Made by a program: the position numbers and the translations under genes. The notes beneath the pieces were generated by a model that had not been told where the DNA came from, searched no databases, and was given only the letters and a program-made list of their open reading frames with translations. This document shows positions 33,701 to 45,700 of a DNA stretch of 64,000 nucleotides, in pieces. The stretch comes from Acanthaster planci (taxonomy: Eukaryota), in the NCBI RefSeq assembly GCF_001949145.1, contig NW_019091358.1, positions 1,054,961 to 1,118,960 on the forward strand, written 5' to 3'. Position 1 is the first letter of the stretch; each line of letters opens with the position of its first letter.

Positions 33701-36700
33701 GTCCTGAAAAGTGCCTTTTGTGTTGAGATTTTCAACTGTGACATGGAAACTAAACTCCTGAATTGACTTTATTTTCTGTATGTACATGTATGTTTACTAT
33801 CAGGTCATGGTACAATATACATGTAACTTGTTGGCGCTTTTCTGGACCCTGAGTGTCAATGACCTGAATTGGGGCTTGCCCTGAAATGTTGACTGAGCAA
33901 AAGTTGAACCGAGCCCCTCCGGGTAGCCTGGGTGATCTGGTTCAAATTAAAAAGGCCCAGCTGGGCACCTGCTCTTCAAATTTCACCATTAATTGCCAAA
34001 TCTAGCACCTAGTCTAATGGCTATACCATACTGGCATTAATTATTTTCATAATGAAGCTTACTTGAGATATTTATTGGCATATGGACCCAGTCATTTTCA
34101 CTTTTTTCCGTGTCAGGTAGCCACTAGTTGGATAAGGTCAGTACAGGGATAAGGAGTCAGAATCTCTCTTTTGATAAAAGAAAGAGGGGGGGTGGAAGAA
34201 AAACAACCAAAACCATGCATTTCTAACAATAGTCATATTGTTTTTCCTGTGTTAGATAAGAAATTGCAAAGTTGTGTCTCCTTTTATTTCCTGGTATTCC
34301 CTCCATTTTCGCCATTCTGTATTGTAGTCATACTTTTCAGGGTCTGCAGTGCAGGGAACTTCTTTTTTTTTTCCTTCAGGGTCAGTAATGTCTAAAAACT
34401 TGAAATGGTACAGAAAGTTCAGAAGTGAGCTTTTCCATGTGTTTTAGGGTGCCTCCTTCAAAACTCTGTGACTGTTGGTGTCTACCAGGTGGAAAATATC
34501 AGTCATACCCAATAAAAAAAAACTTACTTTTAGTTGCATGCTCTCCAAAAGTGGAGTAGTTGGCCGTGCAACGATGCAGGAATGTTGAGAGAACAGTAAT
34601 ATCACTTGGCACATGCCAAGTGGTGGAAGCACAGTGTATCACGGGGAGCCAATTTGTACTGTTAACGGTACGTCCTCCCAAGTGTACTCAGATCTGCAGA
34701 ACATAAAATGTAAGCCCCTTCTTCCCCCTTCCAGAAGTAACTCGTAAACTTATGCTTACATATGTGTATGTATTGCTACATCTGATTGCATGAATGCAGC
34801 TTTTTTACGAATTTTCTGTGACTTACATTTGTTCGAAATTTATGCAGTGATGTGGGATGCATGTGCTTTTCAGCGCTGTTAACATCGGTTCGTATTTATA
34901 TATCAGCCTTGGCCAGCATGCAGTTCTTGGCACAGTCAGCAGCAAAGATATGATCTGTGGCCATGGCATTCTGGCATCAAACTTCAGCCCCCTGCAAGCA
35001 TGCATTGTGTAGACCTATCACCTCCGTTCACCCATATAATCTGGTGCCCCATTGGCATAGATTCCACACAAGAAGGTTATGCGTATTCCCTAAGAGCTCT
35101 TTATTAATTTCCAACAGGCCATGTCTGGGATTACCTCTGAAAAACCTGTAAAAAAAGAGTAAAACTATATTGAGGAAGGCTCTTAAATTTCTGCAGTCCA
35201 TGTTTGGTGAAGTGAATGAACCTTGGACCAGTGTAGGTTGGGGGACAGGGCTTCGGAAACGGGTGTCATTCATAATTTACAACCTTCAAAGAATCTGGTA
35301 AATATTTGTGAATGAAGAAAAAAGTTCACCAGTAAGTGGCAGGGGCACTTTGTAAATATTTGGAAATACACAGAAGGATTGAATCCAGGTTGTAAAAGTT
35401 CTTGCTGGTTCGTGACCCTTGGTTGACTAGACCTTGCAGTTCACCAGACTTTCCCATAAGAATTCAGTCTGAATAACAAAACATTGTATGTCTGTCTAGT
35501 CCATGTATGCACTGCGAGACCTCTGAGACTCCAAAGCATTACCGGTATTTCAAAGAAGTGTTATTCTCGTTTGAAAGGCAAACGCCTCATTGATGTGTGG
35601 TGCTGTATCAATTTGGCATCAGTGTTTGTGTCACACTGACAGATGTGGGTCTCACTCTATGCAGTGCAATTATCCTCTTAAGAATCTAACTTATCCAATT
35701 CATTGTAATTACAATTATGATCTCTGTGGTTATAGTTGTGATGGATCTGCATTTGCTCTAAATTGTGTCAGACTTCAAGTGCATTTGGTACTCTTTTCAA
35801 ACTTAAAAACGAAGAATATTTCATAATAGTAATGAAGTTTAGAGAGAGTGACAAACTGACAATGTAGTCTTTGTCGTAGTTTCCTAATCAGACCGTTGAC
35901 TTATATAACGGATTTTGCCCTTACCCAACGTATATATTAATAAACACTGTATGCTCAGTGCTTGTCCGAAAGCTTGCGAAAAAAGTCACAAGGTTACTCG
36001 GGTGGGACTCGAACCCACGACCTCCTGCTTACTAGTGCAGACGTCTTAACCACTTGACCACCGAGCTTGCCGGGGTCGGCCGGCCGGTCCGAGTCAGGTG
36101 AAGCAGCAGGTACAGCGAACTATTATAAGCAGGAGGTCATGGGTTCGAGTCCCACCCGAGTAAGCTTGTGACTTTTTTCGCAAGCTTTCGGACAAGCACT
36201 GAGCATACAGTGTTTATTAATACATACGTTGGGTGAGAGCAAAACCCGTTATATAAATTAACATCTCCCCAACGCAAAAATACATCTTGAAAAAAAGAAG
36301 ACCGTTGTCTGTTACTCCTGTATCTTGTACATGTATATTGGGACCCACGAAATGTGAACTCTGGGTGTTCCTGTTAGTGTTATGCACACCATTCCTTTCA
36401 TTACCTCTCTGTTTGCTTTTGGTATTCTTGACTCATTGACCCTTTCACAGTCCACCACTCAGGAAGTGTGGTTATTTACAATAACACCTCGGTCTGCTAC
36501 AAAGGAACCCTCGGACTCCAGACTTTTGTTAAGGAGTGTCTCCATTTCCAGAGTGTGTGTTCTTTATCAGAATGGAGGGAAAAAAAAGCCCTAGGGTCTC
36601 GTGAGGTGGTCTCATTCACGTCCGTCATAAACATACCTATTACAGTGACAACTCAACTTTTCCCTGTGAAAAAAAAGGTGGATGTTTACAGGTGGGTTTG

Positions 36701-39700
36701 ATTTGGACTTGAGGAATTTATTAGTCCCAGAATAGTAGTCCCAGAATAGTTGCGGTTCCTGTCAGGGGATAAGAGGGGATGGTTTGTGGTTTGTGTGTCC
36801 AGACATCTAGTTGGTCAGACAGGCTAGGATACGATTGTTGTTGTTGACAGTCTGGCGCAGGCACACGCTGCACATTAATTACATTACCACCAAAAACACC
36901 GGAACAGCGCTCGCTGTACTTTCTGGAATTGGCCTTTTGCGATTCAAGCTGCATTTGACTTGGGGCCTGTTTGTTCCCAGTCATTGATACGCCTCTGTGC
37001 ATGGGTATCACCCAAGTGAGTGTGTCAATAGATGAGGGACTGCTGAGGCTTTTTTCTCACCGCTTTCTGGTCTCATGTGTTTGCGAGGGAGGTACAGAAG
37101 TACCAACGTATCCCTTTCACTATGGGATGCTGGTGTAATTCCAAAGTTACATGCACTCTGAAGATTCAAAGTCATGTACAGTGTACATGTGCCATTGTTA
37201 AATCTCCAAACTATTACAAGTACGAGTACAAGACTGAACAACCGCTGTAAATGGAGTAAAAGTTAGTAACAAATCTTTAATTTATCCAATCTGGTCCCTT
37301 CCAAGAGTAATCCTTATTTTTTCTTCCTGTTTTATGTTCGTCTATAATTTGTTGTACATACACGGTCTCATCCTACCGTAGTTGTGCATCATTTGAAACA
37401 ATTTTCAAAAGAAAGTCTCAGCAGTATGTGTTTTAAGTACAGTTCATGAAGGCACCTTTTAGGTTTGTGCTGGGGGGGAGAATGTGGGAATTTGTTATGA
37501 TATCCTTCTATGGCCTTTCTAGGGGTGAGTCTAAATTGGGGGAATTTTTCATGCTTTGGGAAGGAAAGGAAACAAAAACTGAAAATGCCTTTCATTATGT
37601 TTGAAAAGCAATGGTCTCATTTGGGGAGCCATGGCCGTTACTCTGCCCTCTTGCAATGGATCCACAGATGGGTTTAATCAAATGTAAGGAATTTGCTCTT
37701 TGTCTATTTTAGGATCTATGTTGATGTTGTTCTGGGTAATTGTTCTCTGTTTACACAATAATGAAACATTGTCCCTCCATTTTGCCAACAATTTACAGGG
37801 GATATAGAAAGACTGTATATACTGTCTCACTAAGATTAAAGGCCTGTACGGCCTTAGGCACTGGATCAGTAAATGCTGCAGCCTGTGTCCATTGTAGGCC
37901 TTTTTGTCCTCAATGGTCAACATCTTTCAGCTCCTTAATCCTCCAGTTCAGACAAATGGGTGGTTTGCCATCCTTTGATCAGAGGTAAGAGCTTAAATTT
38001 GGAAGATGAGTCAGACCCTCTGCAGACAGCCTCGGTCACTTATGGCTGCACAAGTCTGGACACAGTCTCCCTGCCTCTTTTTTTTTTTAGGATTATAGTC
38101 TGAATCACCGCAAGGCTTAGAGGATCTAGAGCCCAAACATCCGGTGAAGATAAAGAAAAAGTGCACTGGCGAATAGTGGATCAGGATTTGTGGCCACTTG
38201 AGTCATAAACGGAGACAAAGTTAAAGATTTGCTTGTCAGTTGACTGGTTGAATAATGCTTTATCTGTGTGATTTGTCGATGCTCGAGGAAGTGCTCATCA
38301 TAAAGTGTGTGATAAGGTCCTTTCTTCGGCATTTGCCCCGTCTAAGATGCCTGCTAGGTCCTGGAAGGGTCAGCGTGGATGATGCCATGAACCTTTCTCT
38401 GAGGGCCTTTTTGTGCAACTTAAAATTTTCTAGACAGCTGAGGTTACTGTTGTCAATGAGGGAATACACTCTTTAGTTTTTACATTTTTCCATTCAAATC
38501 GTGAAACTAAATTTGCTTGTTGTAAACATATCTTTGAAAGGGCTACTTGTTACATGTAGCTTGTTGCTATATGTATATACAGGTACGTGTACATACTTGC
38601 CTAACAATAAATCATTAGAAAAAAGGATATTTAAGATAGCAAAATGTCAAAACTTCCATCAGTTTATGTCTACAAATCCATGCAAAACTTAGGTTTTCTC
38701 TCTTTGATGATGTCACAGTTTTGCCAATGAATATGGAAATACGTAAACTAAAAAGGTACCATAAGCCGGGCAGTTGGAACACAAAGACTGCATTTTCAAG
38801 GGATTTCCCTGAGCAAAATAAGTGCATCGCATGGACTGCCAGTTAAAGTCAATCCTTTTCTATCGTCCATTTCAACCTTGTACACTTTTAACTAAATGGA
38901 AGCTTGATGCAGTGACAGCAAAGCCTGAAATACTTTTTGACTGGCATCAGGATATTTAGGGAAATGGATCACAGGAAATGTCTAATAGTTTTCAAAAGGA
39001 CACAGACTCTGATTCAGTGGCCGAGTCCTTCTGCAAATGCCTGTATTTCTTTACAAAGCTGGGTGAAGATTTGGGTCCAAGCACTTGTTACCCATTTAAA
39101 ACACAAAGATATAGTTCCCTACCGTACTCACCGTACCGTACTCATGTTTATGTATCTGTGCATTTATTTTGGACTCAAATGCACTACACCTGTGATGCCC
39201 TGCTGTGCTGGTGTTGATGACAGGATAGAAAGAAACTGAACCAGTGTGATGGAACGAGCAGGAGGTACTTGTATGAATGTCTCTCTGACCGTGGGAGAAC
39301 AAATGGCTTAAATGCTTGACAGTGAATTAATTCCTCATCGATTGATTAATTGATTATGAAGTGAAATGTCTTTTTCAACATGTGAATGCATGAAATTTAG
39401 CAAGCAAACCGTATTTGGTACTTGTACATGTACATGTAGTTTAGTTATAAAACACATGTGAGTAGTTTGCTATTCTGTCAGTTTGTGCATAAGCAAGGTT
39501 TTATAGCCCGAGTGAAAAGTGTAATTTAGAGAGTGCCGGTATGAGCTGCTTAAGTAGGATATAATCAATAAGCCACTTGCGAGTTAAATTTGAATAAAAT
39601 CTGGTACACTGTGTTATTTGATTGCATAGAAACGTCACAATTTGAATTCCCCAGACTAAAGACACTGCTGTTATACCTCGTGATTCGGGGCAAGCTTTTG

Positions 39701-42700
39701 CGTAGCGACCACCATCTCTGGAAAGGACTGGATCCTTTGTGCCGTTCTTATCCATTGAGAACAGTGTATTGTTGCAAGGCGTCTCTTATGTAACTAAGCA
39801 AAAGCTTGCCCCGAATCACGCGGTATAGCAACGGTGGTTTTAATATGGAGAATTCTAGTTGTTATGTTCACATGGATTTAAAGAACTCAGTGTACCAGAT
39901 TTTATTCAAATTTAATTCGCAAAAGGCTTATTCACTTCACTTCCCTCTAATGGAAGCGTGTGTAGGTTGTACTCTGTACATGTACAGTCCAAGGAGAGCC
40001 TCACTTCTGGTAAATTAATAATATCCAATTTGCTAAGCTTTCGTCTGGCCGAGGTGCACTACTTTGACAGTAAAGTTCCACTAAGTTACACACATGACAC
40101 GTGTGTGGAACTTCAAGTATCAATTCGAAAAGCCCAACACCAGCTTTGTCTGGTGCAGTTTATTTCTCGGGTCAACTGGTTCTCGGGTTAGCTGGTTCGC
40201 ATTGCCTCATTTAAATATGAGGATGTTCATTTTACTGTACATCCTTGTGTAGACTCTACAGCGCAGGCATCATGCTTAATACTCATAAAATTGAGGATAA
40301 AAATTGCTTTTTTGCAATATAATCAATAATCGATAATTTCAGAACCCTTAAAACGTACATTTATGTACATGTTCCATTAGACTTGTGAGCATTTACGACA
40401 GAGCAGTGAGCTTGGTAAAGATTGATGGAAAAGATTAATATTTTTTCATAGAAAGTGACATTATTCTGGATTTCATTAAAAATCAGTCCTTCTCTTTTAA
40501 AATTTTTCTTTTTAAAATTCTGGCCCAGAATAGTTTTGTCAGTGGTAAGGGAAAGCAAGAACTATAATGTGATGAATGAACTAGGGGGTCCAAGCTGTAA
40601 GCTGTCTATTTGGAGTTTGAGCCCCTGACAGTAAACCCTACCACACAAGTGGTTGTAACTACCCACTCTAGCATAAAAGACCCATGAATGGCAGGTCTGT
40701 CAGCAATGGTGTGTCATCTTGTCCCACTGTAAGTAGATTACCAGATTATACCACACACACTTGTCAAGTAGCCATGGGGGGGGGGCTGTAAAGTCTTTTG
40801 ACCGGTTGAACTGTAAAACTTTGGCCCCATTGTCCCGGTGTTACCTGCTTGAAAAAACTTTTTGTAGGGTCTGCTTGCCTGCACTCTGGAGGATGTGGTT
40901 GCATAATGCGACTATGGATTTTCCCCCCCTTTTCACTTCTCTTCTCCTGTTACTCGATCAATTTAGTCCTTATACTGTATGTGTGCACTTTTCCCCAGTG
41001 TTCCAGTGGTCATTTTCAAAGTACCAGTTTTTAACATTTATTGCTGTTTGTAATAGTTCCAGTGATGGAAGTTTTGCCAGTTGTGAATGTTGCTCTTTTC
41101 TTTAATATCAGCAAGCAAAGCAATCAGCACTCCTGAAGTTCAGTAACTATAGTTTCAATGTTCAGATCTTGTTGCATGTGTAGCGACAGTTCATATTTGT
41201 TTCAGAGGTGTTAACAGTCGTTAGTGTCTACTTGTAGCATTAATAATTGTTCCCCGGTTTAACTAAGTTACAACAGAATAGAACATAGAAGTTGGAATCA
41301 TCCAATCAAACAAGTTGAAATTGCAGCTATTAAAATTCATTTCAACATAGACACAACATGGATTGAGTGTTCAAGGCTCCAGTCCCCGTTTTGTTGTGCT
41401 GATCCCTACTTGTCAGCAAATGCCAACCCCACCAGCTGTGATCCCCTGTATTCTTTCACCTAAACTCTCAGTGTCGGCGTGTTCTGACCAGTGGCACCAG
41501 TGGATGGTTCCATCCCACTGTGCAACCTACACTGCCACAAATAGACCATTTGTTTGTTTGCTCCTTGCATAATGATCCAGTGTTGGTGTATACCTGTGGC
41601 CTTAGTCATCAATCGATACCCCCCTCCCCCAGGAAATAGCTGAAGGGTGACTCAGGCCTGGGGGGAAGTCCGTGGATGGGGGCTATTAATAGACAAGTCT
41701 TCCCTGGACCATGCCTGGACCAGTCTGGAAAATGAAACCTTTGTTTTATCCCAGTGGGAAAGACTGGCACCCGGAATGCAGGCCACTGGTTTTGGTCAGG
41801 AACTATCCATATACTGGTGCTAAACATACCCCCCCCACGGCAATCAACCATGGAGAAGAAGAAAAGGCACCTTGTTTCCTTACCCATTGCTAAGCTTGAA
41901 TGGTTCATACTGTGCATTTTTCACGTGGAATTTCTCTGTTAGTTACAATGCACAATACACGCAAGTTCCTCTACAGCCCTCCCAGGCATTTAGAGTTAAC
42001 AAAGGTTGATAACAAAGATGCACCTGTTTGTTGTCTAGCCACATGTAGACAGTCAGACAATTGAGCATTATTTGGAAGTCAAATGGAAAGATGAGAATGT
42101 GATACATGTACATTTTTGAAACAGTTTAGATGCTTCTCAGAAAGTATTTCAAATTTGTAGCAATTTGTCTGTAATTTTCAGGAAAATGCTCCTTGATTGT
42201 ACGGAAATGAAATTTGTGTGGGTGAATTATATGATGGGTTGTGTTAGAACCACGCTGCCACAGAAGGCAAGTATTCGTTCTTTATGTGGCTGCCTTTAAA
42301 AATGTGAGGCTTTCTTATCACAGTCTGTTTTAGTTTTCGTAACTGACGTCCCCCTTTTTTGACTCGGGAGGGCTATAATAAGAAACGATGAAGTTACATG
42401 TCAGTCAGTTCTTGCATTTGGAAATTCAGGGAAAAGGACAACAGTTGCTGAGCTTGATCAGTGCATGTATGCTTACAGCAGGCGAAGGAGGTAGTGTCTG
42501 GCTTTTCTCATTCTTTTGTGCCTGGTCTTTCTTTTACAGCGTTCAGCTAGGCAGGCTCCTGTTGCAGAAGACACGTGGGGTCCATGGAGCAGTGAATGGA
42601 GCCCCTGTTCGCGGTCCTGTGGAGGGGGCGTTTCTTACCAGGAGAGAAGATGCATAACCACAAGGTAACTCCTGTCCTCATTCCTGAGCCTGGAAAACAG

Positions 42701-45700
42701 ATCATTGGATGTATCTTCAAGTTCAATCCATGTGCATGTTGGAAGAATTTCTGATGAATTTTTTTTTGTATACACAGTTCTGTTGGACCATGGTTGGACC
42801 ATTCCTTGCCCTGCAGCTTTACTTAAAATTTGTACACACATACACGTTGTATTGGGAATCAAGGAACAAACTGTTCATTTATCCTGCCTCAGACCCCAGC
42901 CAGTACAAAGGCAAATACAAATTGTAATTTCTATTCTCTAGGCTGCTCTGGCTAGTTTGAGATAGTCCTGAGGGTGCTAAACATGGGGGACTGTGAGCCG
43001 GAAAAGCTTGACGAAAATTGTGAAAACTTGGGCTTTGATGCTGATAGAATGTCGCATTATAGTTCGCAAAGTTTGATCGTATTCTTGAGCAGTTTTCTCT
43101 TACATTGGCCTGGACATGTATACTTGAGTTCCTTGAAACCGTGAAATTGATCGAACTCTAGCAACTTTGCATGTGATTTTCAATATTACTTCCGTCAGTC
43201 ACATTTTACAGAATAGATGATACTACTTCACTACTGAGAAAGAAATCAATGTCAGATGCGTTTTACTGTGGTTTGCCCAAAGGAAATAGCTATTCACCAT
43301 ATTCCATTCCTCTTCGAAGGACATAGTTGAGCTCTGAAGACAAATGACACTGTGTTCGATCTGGATGCTTCCATATTTATTTGAACAGATAAAATCTGAG
43401 AAAACATGTTTTCCTTTCAGTTGCTCATTAAAGAGACAGTATTTCCATCGAGCCTTTCCTCAGTTTACAGAAATGCACCGGTACCGTTGATTTTTAATCG
43501 AGCAGGCCAGGGGCGAAGCCAACGTGCATGGGGCCAGCCTTCAACTATCGCTCCTGCAACATCCAGGACTGTCCTGAAGGTGCTCAGGATTTCCGTGAGG
43601 AGCAGTGCAGCAAGTACAACACCAAGGAATTCCTGGGGAACTTCTACAATTGGGTCCCGTATCTTGGAGGTAACAAAAAGAGAGAGAAGTTTTTTTTTTT
43701 TTTTGAAGTGAATGCCAAACAAGACATCATTTCTGACAGACTGCAGCTATTACTGTAAATTAATATCTGGATTTGGGAAGAAAACACACCAGGTTTCTCA
43801 ACCTTCAGGATGTACATGGACTTGTTTGGCCCTTGCCTGCCGGCTGAGAAATTTCTGCCTGCTTGTTTCTGGTACTGGTTTTAATACATGAGTCCTTCAA
43901 AGGCAGACTATGAAAAATTAAATGCTTCTCGTCATTGTCTCAAAGCCAGTGCATAGAATTGAAACCATGTTTCATCTCTGTACTTTGAAAGAATAGGCCT
44001 ACCACCCACCTGGAAACAACCTACAACAGTGAACTCTTCAATGTACTCAGTATGCCAGATGTCTGTTGAGTTTTTTGGAGCTGCCACTTAAATCATCTTA
44101 TCAAAGCGGCATGTACTGGTGACCTTATCATGCTTATATGAGAGCCCCAATCATGTTGTTTAAATTTTGGTTCAAGGTTGTATCGTGCTAGGCATAACTG
44201 TGACCTCGGTGTTACATGAGCATAAGCCATTGAACATCAGGAACAAAAACCTCAGGCCAATTAATGATACTAAAAACAATTAAGAGGCTGTTGTTGTAAT
44301 TGGCAATTGGTGGATCAACCAAGGGCTGAATAGTTTCCTTCCTGCCCGGGTATCCATAAACACCGCCAGTCAGGAAGTGCGCATGAAGGGCGCACGGCAG
44401 GCACGGCCGCATAAAGGGGAAAGCTTATTTGCTCAACAATCATCTCTTTCCACTTCACCCCAGAAATTGAATCAGCCGATTTCCCCTCTGGCAGCCTGGA
44501 GTTAGAAAAAAGTTGCTGGAAATTACTATTGTTGTCATTAGAATTGTTAGGGGCTCCAAACAAGCATTTTCCACCCTTTCTGGAGAGCGCATGTTAAAAG
44601 TTTACTCAGCGTTAGGCTAAAAACATGTTGAATTGTTCGGTAAGGTTGAGACACATGGCAAATTTGATTTAATTGTAGCTCTTGCCATGTTGCTGAATTC
44701 GTATGTTTTTGGAAAGCCTCTCTGATGCAGTGTTTGAAGAATGTTTTTCCTTTGTAGCAGTGTCTTCCAGATCTTTTTGCACTCGCACAAAGTGGTCATT
44801 AAGGAAAAATCAGGGGTGTGAAAATTCAGCTTTTTAGCTGATTTCAGCTGTTTTTGTTTAGATGTTGACCCTGGATTTCAGCTTTTTTTACACCTGGTCT
44901 GTTCAAAAGTATTGAAAGTTTTAACATTTAAGCTTTTGCTAGCTGTTTTCAGTTCTTATTTTATCTGGCCACTCACACCCCTGGAAAATGCAAATTAATT
45001 ATGCAAGCGTTCTCAAGCAGGTCCGATGCCTCGTAAGTCCAACAAATGCGTTTAAAAGTTCCAACGGTTTATTCGGCCCATGGCATAGATCCAATGCCTC
45101 AAAAAATCTGGATGCCTCGAAAGTCCGACGTTTGATTTGACGCTCTTTACAAGCGTATGAATGCTGCGCTAGGAACAAGACTTGTACCCAGTGTCAAATA
45201 TGGTGCACTATGTCTGACACACATACAAACATTTGTAAGATTTCAAAAGAATTATCATACATAGTTCTTACACAAAGTGATATTTTGGATTTAAAAAAAT
45301 AGTGGACCAGTGTACGAACTGTACAGGTAGACTGCTTGATTTGGTTTTCCTAACAGGGTCAGTACCGTGGGCACGAGTTGGGAACAAAGTTGAATCTCAC
45401 TCGCGAATCTCACTCGCGAGATGTTTCACAGTCGATCTCACTGATGCCTCATATTAAGTCTGACACCTTGTTGGTCCGACGTCAGATATATGAGGCATGG
45501 GACCTTTGAAGCGTCGGAACTACATGTATGAGGGTGAAAAAAAAAATTGCCCATAAATCTGACGCCTCTTAAGTCCGAAAGTACGGACTTTTCAGGCGTC
45601 GGACCGATGAGGCGTCGGACTTGCGATACGCACCCCCTTCACGGAAGGAAACATTTTTCAAGAATCAAGATAAGGCATTTCGTCCCCAACATTAAAGACG

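Noticed and set aside
35995..36067. Functional tRNA-Thr gene
   Set aside because: Extra base in the anticodon arm, embedded in a TSD-flanked dispersed repeat with more decayed relatives at 18 kb; treated as element-derived.
37640..38480. Cluster of overlapping minus-strand ORFs with coding-like composition
   Set aside because: No recognisable motif in any frame and multiple stops; may be an old TE fragment, needs BLASTX.
43471..43505. Stronger-looking acceptor tttacag at 43470 for the papilin exon
   Set aside because: It puts the exon out of frame; the acceptor at 43505 restores the TSP1/Cys-rich reading.
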